Shown piece after piece: positions 56,657-64,000 of a DNA stretch of 64,000 nt; within the stretch, counting starts at the first letter, position 1; each line of letters begins with the position of its first letter. The stretch covers positions 2,608,009-2,672,008 of the forward strand of contig OZ244906.1 of NCBI GenBank assembly GCA_965221655.1, given 5' to 3'. The position numbers and the translations under genes are program-made. The notes under the pieces were generated by a model, which saw only the letters and a program-made list of their open reading frames with translations, was not told where the DNA came from and searched no databases. This stretch comes from a bacterium. GTDB lineage: Bacteria; UBA8248.

Positions 56657-59600
56657 GTGCTGAGCCGCGCTTGTATCCGAAGACCCGTGGGAACCATCAT
56701 GGGTGTGGTATGCGCGCTCGTGATGGGCTTTTTTGCACTCACGCGGTTGCCCGTCGATTTTTTGCCCAGAATCGTCTACCCGCGGATATTTATCGGCATC
56801 GACTTTGAGGGGGCCGACCCCCAGGTGGTCGAAGAGCAGGTTACCAAGGTGGTGGAGCGTGAACTCGCGACTACCCAGGGGGTGGTGCGCATATTCTCGA
56901 TCAGCCGCGAGGGCGCCGCACGCCTGTGGATGTTCTTCGACTTCGGCCGCGACATCGATCTGGCTCTTCAGGACGCCATCACCAAATTCAACGTGGCCAG
57001 GAGAAACCTGCCCCAGGAGATACAGGATCAACTCCAGAACACGCGCATCTTCAAGTCCGACCCGGCGCAGGTGCCCATCATCGAGTACGCCCTGTCTTCG
57101 AAAAACCTCAAAGGACCCCAGTTGCAGACCTGGGCGCGCAAGGTGCTCGTCCCCCAGTTGATGACGGTTCCCGGCATCGCCTCGGTCGAGGCGTTCGGCG
57201 GCCAGGACGAAGAGGTGCAGGTGCTCGTCGACCTGCCGAGAATGCAGGGGCTGGGTCTCGACCTGCCCTCGGTTCTCAGGCGAATGCGCTCCGAGAACAT
57301 GGACCTCGCCGCCGGGCGGGTGAAGACCGCCCACCGTGAATACTCGAGCCGCACGGCGGGAAAACTCAAGAACGCGGGCGAACTCTCCCGCCTGATTTTC
57401 CCCACCAGAGACGGCAGACGGGTGTACCTGCGCGATTTCGCGCATGTCGAGGACGCCGGCAAGGAACGCCGGATTTTCGTGTGGCTCAACGGCGACGAGA
57501 GCATCAAGGTGGTCGCCCTCAAGCAGCCCGACGCGAACACGGTCTCCGTCGTGGACGGCCTGCGGGAGAAGCTCGGTTTCCTCAAGCGCTACGGCATCGT
57601 TCCGCCCGACGTCAGCCTCGTTCCGATTTCCGACCAGAGTTTCTTCATCCGTGCTTCCATTGCCAACGTGCTCTCCTCCGCCCTGGTGGGTGGGGCGCTG
57701 GCGATTCTGGTGGTGCTCTGTTTTTTGGGCAGTCTCAGGCGTACGTTCATCATCGGTCTGGCTATTCCGGTCGCTTCCATCTTCACCTTTTTCCTGATGT
57801 GGATGCTGGGCTTCACCTTCAACATATTCAGTCTGGGCGGGGTGGCGCTCGGCGTCGGGATGCTCGTGGACAACGCCATCGTCATGCTCGAGAACGTCTC
57901 GCGCCACCAGGAGGGGGGCGGGGACCCCGTGGAGGCGGCGGAGAGCGGCTCCGCCGAGGTGGAAAGCGCCATGGTGGCTTCCACGCTCACGAACGTGGCG
58001 GCGGTGATGCCGTTTCTGTTGGTCTCGGGCTACGTGGCGCTTTTGTTTCGCGAATTGATACTCACCATCACCCTGGCGTTCGTGTGCAGCTTGTTGGTGG
58101 GGTTGACGGTCGTGGCCATGCTCTCTGCCCGGCTCTTGCAGGTTCCGATGCGCAGCGGTTTGAGCCGCTTTCCGCTCTTTCGTTTTTTCCGCTGGCTCAT
58201 TACGCTCGCCAACCGGGCCTACCGCGCCCTTCTGGGGCCCGCCCTCACGCTCAGGTGGCTCGTCATCCTGCTTGCCCTGGGCGTGTGCGCGAGCAGCTAC
58301 GCGCTCATTAACAGGATGGGCAACGAACTCTTGCCCCAGGTGGACGACGGGCGCATCTCCGTGGACATCCGCTTCTCGCCCGGCGGCGCGCTCGAATACA
58401 CGAAGCAGGTGACGCGCGAGATTCACGACATGCTCGTGCGAGACCCCGCCGTCGATAAGGTGTTCGCCACGGCGGGTGGGCGTCTTTTCGGCAGAAACTT
58501 CTCGCCCTCCGCCTCACGGGGGAGAATCGACGTAACCCTCAAAGAGGACGTGAGCGTATTCGAGTATCTCAAAAAACTCAGACCCCGGCTCGCGCGCATG
58601 GCTTACCCCGACGCGCGGATTTACGCCTTCAAGAGCCGGGTGCGCGGCCTGCGCACCTCCAACACCAGGCACAACAAGAGCTTCTCCTTAGGCGTTCGGG
58701 GCGAGGATTTGCCTACGCTCAACCGCATCGCCGAAGAGGCCGTCGAGAAGCTCCAGAGCGTGGAGGGCTTGCACAACGTGCAGATGAACGAGGACAGGCC
58801 GCGGCCCGAGTTTCGCGTCGAGGTGAACAGGGAGCGCGCGGCGGAACTCGGCCTTTCGGTCGAGGACGTGGGAGACACCGTCGCCACGGCAGTCGACGGG
58901 TCGATAGCCACGTTCATCAACAGACTGGACAAGCGCGTGCCCGTGCGCGTGAAATTCTCGGACACCCGCATCAAGAGCGAGCAAGACCTCGCGCACCTGC
59001 CCCTGTTTCCCCAGAACGGACGCTCCACGCGCTTGAACCACGTGGCGCACATTCGCTATGCGCAGGGCAGTGCCGTCATCGCGCGAACGGACCAGAATCG
59101 CATCGTTCAGATTACGGGCGACATTCAGGGCAGATCGTTGGGCGAGGTGAGCGCGGATGTCCGCGCCCGGCTGAAGGAGGTCGAACTGCCGAGGGGCTAT
59201 TTCATCTTGCCGGGAGAGGACGAGGAGAACCTGAAGAAATCGAATCGCGAGTTGTTCATCCTGGCTCTGCTCGCGTTGTTCCTCGTCTATACGGTGCTGG
59301 CCGTGCAGTACGACTCGCTCGTGAATCCGTTCGTCATCATCTTCGCCGTGCCACCCGCGCTCACCGGCGCGCTCGTCGGCCTCTATCTGAGCGCTACGCC
59401 TTTCGGGTCGACGGTGCTCATCGGCATCATTCTCCTCGTGGGCATCGTGGTGAACAATTCCATCGTCATGATCGACTACGTCGAGCGTTTGCGCGCGCGC
59501 GGCCTGGAAGTGCGCGCGGCCATCGTGGAGGGTGCGTCGGCGCGGTTGCGACCGATTTTGATGACCACGTTCACCACCATCATCGCGCTGGTGCCCCTGG

Positions 59601-59791
59601 CGAGCGGCTGGGGAAAAGGGTCCGAGATGCTGAGACCCCTCGGCCTGGTTGTGTCGAGCGGGCTGTTGGTTTCCACCCTCTTCACGTTGTTCCTGGTGCC
59701 GTGCATCTATCTCGTGGCCCAGAACCTGGTGCGCATTCTGCGGCGCGCCGTGGGTCTCAGGGAGACGAAATACACCGCACCCGCCACGTAA
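56657..59791 (+). CDS. efflux RND transporter permease (AcrB/HAE1 family)
   Basis: 1044 aa, 12 TM helices in two 6-TM bundles with two large periplasmic loops. Conserved ACR_tran motifs. Confidence 0.9.
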   Translation: MLSRACIRRPVGTIMGVVCALVMGFFALTRLPVDFLPRIVYPRIFIGIDFEGADPQVVEEQVTKVVERELATTQGVVRIFSISREGAARLWMFFDFGRDIDLALQDAITKFNVARRNLPQEIQDQLQNTRIFKSDPAQVPIIEYALSSKNLKGPQLQTWARKVLVPQLMTVPGIASVEAFGGQDEEVQVLVDLPRMQGLGLDLPSVLRRMRSENMDLAAGRVKTAHREYSSRTAGKLKNAGELSRLIFPTRDGRRVYLRDFAHVEDAGKERRIFVWLNGDESIKVVALKQPDANTVSVVDGLREKLGFLKRYGIVPPDVSLVPISDQSFFIRASIANVLSSALVGGALAILVVLCFLGSLRRTFIIGLAIPVASIFTFFLMWMLGFTFNIFSLGGVALGVGMLVDNAIVMLENVSRHQEGGGDPVEAAESGSAEVESAMVASTLTNVAAVMPFLLVSGYVALLFRELILTITLAFVCSLLVGLTVVAMLSARLLQVPMRSGLSRFPLFRFFRWLITLANRAYRALLGPALTLRWLVILLALGVCASSYALINRMGNELLPQVDDGRISVDIRFSPGGALEYTKQVTREIHDMLVRDPAVDKVFATAGGRLFGRNFSPSASRGRIDVTLKEDVSVFEYLKKLRPRLARMAYPDARIYAFKSRVRGLRTSNTRHNKSFSLGVRGEDLPTLNRIAEEAVEKLQSVEGLHNVQMNEDRPRPEFRVEVNRERAAELGLSVEDVGDTVATAVDGSIATFINRLDKRVPVRVKFSDTRIKSEQDLAHLPLFPQNGRSTRLNHVAHIRYAQGSAVIARTDQNRIVQITGDIQGRSLGEVSADVRARLKEVELPRGYFILPGEDEENLKKSNRELFILALLALFLVYTVLAVQYDSLVNPFVIIFAVPPALTGALVGLYLSATPFGSTVLIGIILLVGIVVNNSIVMIDYVERLRARGLEVRAAIVEGASARLRPILMTTFTTIIALVPLASGWGKGSEMLRPLGLVVSSGLLVSTLFTLFLVPCIYLVAQNLVRILRRAVGLRETKYTAPAT

Positions 59792-59881
59792 ATCCTCCTG
59801 GTTTTGCTGGCCTTGAGAATGGAATCACCGTAGCATGGCACACAGATGGGGCGAGCGTTCGTTTTAACGGGGAGAGAAGAC

Positions 59882-60619
59882 ATGCCCGGCAAGAAGGGAG
59901 GCGCGCCCGTGCGCCTCGGCGGTAGGCTTCCCGACGAAAACAGGAGTGTGCGCGTCGAGGTCGATTACGTGAAGACCTGCGCGGGCAGCTGCCTGATCTC
60001 CGTGGGGGACACCCGGGTTTTGTGCACCGCCTCGGTGCAGGAGGGGGTGCCTGCGCACAAACGCGACTCGGGCGAGGGATGGGTGACGGCGGAGTACGCC
60101 ATGTTGCCGGGCAGCTCTTCGGAGCGCGTGGACAGAAGACGTGCGCGCGGTGGCCGCAGCCAGGAGATTCAGCGCCTCATCGGCCGGTCCATGCGAACGA
60201 TCGTCGATCTGTCGAAAATCGACGGACTGACGATATGTCTCGACTGCGACGTCGTGCAGGCGGACGGCGGCACGCGGTGTGCCGCTATCACGGGCGGCTA
60301 CGTGGCCCTGGCGCGCGCGGTGAACGCCCTGCGCGCGCAGGGGCGAATCGTGAGCTCCCCCATCCGCGACGCGGTGGCCGCGGTAAGCGTCGGCGTGGTG
60401 GGGGGAGCGCCCCTCCTCGACCTCGACTACCGCGAGGATGCGAACGCCGAAGTGGACATGAACGTCGTGATGACGGGCGCTGGCCGCTTCGTGGAGTTAC
60501 AGGGAACGGCCGAGCGGACGCCCTTTCGCAAAAGCGATTTGAACCGCCTGCTCGCCCTGGCCGAAAAGGGAATCGGGGAGCTTCTCGAAATGCAGGCCGC
60601 GCACGTCGCAACGCCGTGA
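59882..60619 (+). CDS. rph: ribonuclease PH
   Basis: RNase PH domain 1/2 motifs ([24 protein letters not shown]). Confidence 0.9.
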   Translation: MPGKKGGAPVRLGGRLPDENRSVRVEVDYVKTCAGSCLISVGDTRVLCTASVQEGVPAHKRDSGEGWVTAEYAMLPGSSSERVDRRRARGGRSQEIQRLIGRSMRTIVDLSKIDGLTICLDCDVVQADGGTRCAAITGGYVALARAVNALRAQGRIVSSPIRDAVAAVSVGVVGGAPLLDLDYREDANAEVDMNVVMTGAGRFVELQGTAERTPFRKSDLNRLLALAEKGIGELLEMQAAHVATP

Positions 60620-61218
60620 GAATCGTTCTGGCGAGCGGCAACCCCGGAAAGGCCCGCGAGGTGCGCGCCGCTCTGGGGGGAGTGGACGTCGAGTTGCTGA
60701 CCCCTGCCGAGGCGGGCATCGTCTTCGAGGTCGAAGAGACCGGCGACACCTACGCACAAAACGCGCTTATCAAGGCACAGGCCGCCTGTGCGGCGAGTGG
60801 CCTGCCCGCCCTCGCGGATGATTCGGGGGTGGAGGTCGATGCCCTGCCCGACGCACTCGGGGTGCGCTCGGCGCGCTTCGGCGGCGAGGGATTGGACGAC
60901 GCGGGCCGCAACGCGCTTTTACTCGAAAGGATGCGCGAGGTGCCCGCGGAGCGGCGCGGTGCGCTCTACGTCTGCGTGCTGGCCTACGTGAAGCCGAGCG
61001 GCTGGTTCGGCTTTTTCGAGGGCACACTCGCGGGAGAAATACTACACGCGCCGCGGGGTGCGGGCGGCTTCGGCTACGACCCGCTGATGTATCTTCCCGC
61101 GCACGGCTGCACGGTCTCTGAGCTTCCTCTCGAGGTCAAGAACCGCATCAGCCACCGCGGCTGCGCTCTTGCCGCTTTTCGGAGTTGGCTGGCCCGGGAG
61201 AAAGAGATCGGGCGATAA
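60616..61218 (+). CDS. rdgB: non-canonical purine NTP pyrophosphatase RdgB/HAM1 family
   Basis: GTG start overlaps the rph stop (GTGA). Motifs [17 protein letters not shown] and GFGYDP are typical of RdgB. Confidence 0.85.
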   Translation: MRIVLASGNPGKAREVRAALGGVDVELLTPAEAGIVFEVEETGDTYAQNALIKAQAACAASGLPALADDSGVEVDALPDALGVRSARFGGEGLDDAGRNALLLERMREVPAERRGALYVCVLAYVKPSGWFGFFEGTLAGEILHAPRGAGGFGYDPLMYLPAHGCTVSELPLEVKNRISHRGCALAAFRSWLAREKEIGR

Positions 61219-61324
61219 TGAGGAGACCCAAGATCGGGCCGCACGCCACCGGGCGGAAGCGGCCGCTGCCCATCACTACGGCGGCCCGTGCCGAGCGGGA
61301 TGCGCCAGACAGGAGACTTTGTGT

Positions 61325-62002
61325 ATGTCCAGGATAGGTATGATCCAGCCCGAAGACGCGGATGCCGACGTGGCGCGCTTCTATGAGGCGACCACCGCCA
61401 TGCTGGGCCGCGTTCCGCATTCGATGCGGGTGCTTGCAAGAAGCCCCCACGTCGCCAAGACGATGCTGCCCTTCGTGGCGACGCTCCAGCGCGAGGGCGG
61501 GGGCAGCGTGCTGACCTCCAGGATCAAGGAGATGGTGGTTATCAAGACCAGCCATCTCAACGGGTGTGCTTACTGATACGCCCACAACACGTCGCTTGGT
61601 CAAGCGGCGGGCATTACCCCCGAGCAGGTAGAGGCCATCGGGACGGACGGCTACATGGAGTCGGGCCTGTTCACTCCGAGGGAGAAAGCGGCCATCCTCT
61701 GGGCCGAGCACGTCACGCTGAACACCGCACGCTCGCGGGACGACGTGTTCGAGGAGGTGCAGAAACATTTTTCCGAAGCGGAAATCGTCGAGCTCACGAT
61801 GGTGAGCGGGTTGTTCAATCTCTTCAACCGCTACATGGATTCTCTCGGCATCCCGCTCGAGGAGCAGAGTGAGGTCGACAAGATCAAGAAATCCCTGCGC
61901 CTCGACGGCAACAAGGTGAAGACCTACTACGAGACGATGGTGACCCACTGGCCGAGCGCGTACCCCGAGCCCGACGCCGGGGACCCGAACAAGAACGGGT
62001 GA
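61325..62002 (+). CDS. AhpD-like / carboxymuconolactone decarboxylase family selenoprotein. The in-frame TGA at 61574..61576 is proposed to encode selenocysteine (transl_except), replacing the second Cys of the NGCxYC..H redox motif.
   Basis: The RBS AGGAG sits 9 nt upstream of the ATG at 61325. The N-terminal 83 aa end in ...VIKTSHLNGCAY, then comes TGA. The same frame continues without an ATG as YAHNTSLG...EREKAAILWAEHVTLN...EIVELTMVSGLFNLFNRY, the conserved CMD C-terminal half. The track reports the second half only from an internal Met at 61655. Confidence 0.65.
61591..61608 (+). ncRNA. candidate bacterial SECIS hairpin (7-bp stem, GGUC apical loop) 15 nt downstream of the in-frame UGA
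   Basis: GTCGCTT-GGTC-AAGCGGC read directly. The loop G/U lie at +25/+27 from the UGA, similar to the E. coli fdhF SECIS geometry (+23/+24). Confidence 0.4.
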
Positions 62003-62197
62003 GGCCCGCCGCGCGCGGGACGCCGCTCAAAGGGGCGTGCGCGCCTTGCGCCGCGTCGTTTCTCTGGAACCTGCCGCGTTGGGATGGAGGCGCGAGACGC
62101 CTCGTTTGGATGGGCGTGAAGCCTTTGCTGGAAATCCGCCGCGCGAATCGTTCATAATGGGCGCACCGTTTGTTCTGCCTTCCGACGAGGGTTTCGG

Positions 62198-62692
62198 ATG
62201 AAGGGTGTCCTGTGTGTCCTGTGTGTCCTGGTGGCGCTCGTCTCTCTTCTCGCCCCCTTTTCCAGGGCCGAAGCGGAGGGGGAGTTGCGCTGCCGGACTC
62301 GCTACACCATCCTGAACGGCTTTTTGGTGGAGCAGAACGTGCGCATCACCCTTCCTGCCGAGAAGCGCGATTTGGCCGTGTGGCTGGTGGAAAAGAAAAC
62401 GGGCGCGTTCAAGAAGCTGGCCTATCCCATCGGGGGAGAGGGGAGGTTGCGTATCTCGCAGCCCTTCGATAAGAAGAAATACGTCGAATACCCCTTCATT
62501 CTCACCTGGCAGCCCTTTGGCGGCTTTCGCCTCACGGGGTTTTTCCTCTCGAGAAGGCACGCGCACACCGTCGTCGTGCGCGAGTCGAAAAACAGCGCGT
62601 CCGGCGCGCAGGCAAAGAGAATTATCGAGATTTTCCCCCCGTTTCCGGGGCACCTCTCCTCCAAGCTGGCGCAGGGGGAATGCGACAAGTGA
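62198..62692 (+). CDS. hypothetical secreted protein
   Basis: The signal peptide MKGVLCVLCVLVALVSLLAPFSRAEA with an AXA cleavage site is the basis for the secreted call. The 164-aa mature region has no recognised motif. Confidence 0.45.
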   Translation: MKGVLCVLCVLVALVSLLAPFSRAEAEGELRCRTRYTILNGFLVEQNVRITLPAEKRDLAVWLVEKKTGAFKKLAYPIGGEGRLRISQPFDKKKYVEYPFILTWQPFGGFRLTGFFLSRRHAHTVVVRESKNSASGAQAKRIIEIFPPFPGHLSSKLAQGECDK

Positions 62693-62752
62693 GGCGGGGC
62701 TTCTCGCGCCGCGCCTCGTTTTCCCGGTAGCTCTACTCCTGCAAGCGATGCC

Positions 62753-63565
62753 CTACAGGTAACAGCGCAAGAGGCGGATGCTGCGCTCGGCCGCTATCTT
62801 GAAGGCGGGTTTTTGGTCGATCTGCACCGAGAGCACGCCCTCGTAGCCGATTTCCCTGAGGGCGCGGATGAAGTCGCCGAAGTGGATGTGGCCCGAGCCG
62901 GGATAACCCCGTGTGGAATCGGCCACGTGCACGTATTCTATCCATTCGCGTGCGGCGAAGATGGCTCCGGGTATCGAGGCGTCTTCGGAGTTCATCCAGC
63001 AGCTGTCGATCATGAGGGCGAGACCGGAGTGGTTCTCGGCCTTCACGTATTCCATCCCTTGGCGCACGGTGTTGATAAAATTCGTCTCGTAGCGGTTGTA
63101 GGGTTCGATATATATTTTCATGCCGCGCTCGGCGGCGTAGTCCGCGCCTGCGCGCATCGCGTCGCGCATCCAGGCGTTGGAGGTCTCCCACATCTCGCCG
63201 GGAATGCACGTGCCCCGAAACCGGCCGATGTTCACGCCCATCGCGCCGAGGTTCGCGCCTGCGTCGAGCAGGGTTCGCAGCCGCGCGGCGCCCGCTTCGC
63301 GGACTTGTGCGTCGGGGTGGCACAGCATCACCCCGTCCTGAAGCTCGCTGGGGGCCGAACCTATCATCGTGACCGAAAGGCCCGAGCGGGCAATTTCCGC
63401 CTCCACGCCCCGGGCGTCGGGGTCGTCGGGGTCGCGCATGGCGACTTCCAGCGTGTCATAGCCCAACTCCTTGAGTACGGCGAGGTTGTCGCCAAAGTTT
63501 CCGCGCACGCCCGGCATCAGGGGCGAGCGCACCTCGGGCGTGGTGATGACGTAGCCCACGCGCAT
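62753..63565 (-). CDS. sugar phosphate isomerase/epimerase (xylose-isomerase-like TIM barrel) family protein
   Basis: AP_endonuc_2-type TIM-barrel motifs (E..H.D, metal-ligand E/D/H pattern). The start is set at MRVGYVITT, while the track extends to 63610. Confidence 0.75.
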   Translation of the reverse strand: MRVGYVITTPEVRSPLMPGVRGNFGDNLAVLKELGYDTLEVAMRDPDDPDARGVEAEIARSGLSVTMIGSAPSELQDGVMLCHPDAQVREAGAARLRTLLDAGANLGAMGVNIGRFRGTCIPGEMWETSNAWMRDAMRAGADYAAERGMKIYIEPYNRYETNFINTVRQGMEYVKAENHSGLALMIDSCWMNSEDASIPGAIFAAREWIEYVHVADSTRGYPGSGHIHFGDFIRALREIGYEGVLSVQIDQKPAFKIAAERSIRLLRCYL

Positions 63566-63742
63566 GCGGCTGGGCTCGGAGTATTCGGCGGCGTGGGGGG
63601 ATATCGGCATTTTTCGCGTGTCTCCTGGGTGGGGTGTCGCGCCATATTTTGGCGGAGGTTACGCTTGCGCGCGCGTCTTGTCGAGCGGAGCGGTTCCATG
63701 TCGCAAAACACCGCAGCAAAGAAAATTCTCGCCTGAAAAGTC

Positions 63743-64000
63743 CTACCGGCCCACGAGAAACTGAAAGGCGTACCCCACGATCAGCGAACCCAGGATGCCC
63801 GCGGCCAGGTAGATGGCGAGTATTTTGCGCTTCACCAGCGCCCACACGCCCGCCATGGCGGGTACGCACGTGACGGGACCTGCAATCAGGAAGGCCATGG
63901 CCGCGCCTCCGCCCATGCCTGCGGCGAGGAGCCCCTTGGTGATGGGGATAGCGGCGACGCCCGAGGTGTAGAGCGGAATGCCCACCGCACTCGCCAGTGG
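63743..64000 (-). CDS. partial CDS (C-terminal part) of a polytopic membrane permease; the ORF continues beyond the window end
   Basis: A hydrophobic Gly/Ala-rich helical sequence is open to the window edge on the minus strand. Confidence 0.35.
   Translation of the reverse strand, partial: PLASAVGIPLYTSGVAAIPITKGLLAAGMGGGAAMAFLIAGPVTCVPAMAGVWALVKRKILAIYLAAGILGSLIVGYAFQFLVGR

Noticed and set aside
56555-58426. 623-aa minus-strand ORF
   Set aside because: Antisense to the RND pump gene, which has unambiguous transporter features.
1-64000. CRISPR arrays, rRNA genes, transposases and integrases
   Set aside because: No regularly spaced repeats beyond the single repeat pair at 21908..21989. No rRNA-like segments. 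No transposase or integrase-like ORFs found.

Overview
High-GC (about 65-70%) bacterial chromosomal segment, densely coding on both strands. Mostly metabolic housekeeping and accessory catabolic genes: a GntR-controlled peptide-uptake and peptidase operon, several Gfo/Idh/MocA, SDR, acyl-CoA dehydrogenase and beta-hydroxyacid dehydrogenase genes, an AddAB-type helicase-nuclease pair, L33/L28 ribosomal proteins, TatA, a MoeA/MoeA-fusion/MoaA molybdenum-cofactor block, an RND efflux pair, rph and rdgB. The most notable features are not in the ORF track. (1) A selenocysteine tRNA (anticodon UCA, 8-bp acceptor stem, long variable arm) lies on the minus strand at 15468..15564. (2) An AhpD-like/carboxymuconolactone-decarboxylase family gene at 61325..62002 has an in-frame TGA exactly where this family has its second redox cysteine (NGCAY-TGA-..H), followed by a GGUC-looped hairpin consistent with a bacterial SECIS. 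It is a selenoprotein that the ORF track splits into two ORFs. (3) A tightly packed nine-gene plus-strand cluster (32550..40595) contains a PqqD-like RiPP-recognition-element domain fused to a MEMO1-family protein (AmmeMemoRadiSam protein B-like), an enolase-superfamily epimerase, an ornithine-cyclodeaminase-like enzyme, an amidohydrolase, an MFS transporter and two integral membrane proteins, one with a C-terminal CxxCH haem motif. No AMMECR1 or radical-SAM partner is present. This is a candidate undescribed peptide or amino-acid tailoring system. Further oddities: a roughly 40%-GC islet encoding a solo HEPN-motif protein, a pair of AT-rich 30-bp direct repeats, a perfect 16-bp GT..AC palindrome in the GntR divergent promoter, a MoeA fused to a periplasmic-binding-protein-like domain, and four beta-hydroxyacid-dehydrogenase paralogs. 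Many long GC-driven antisense ORFs in the track are rejected as spurious.
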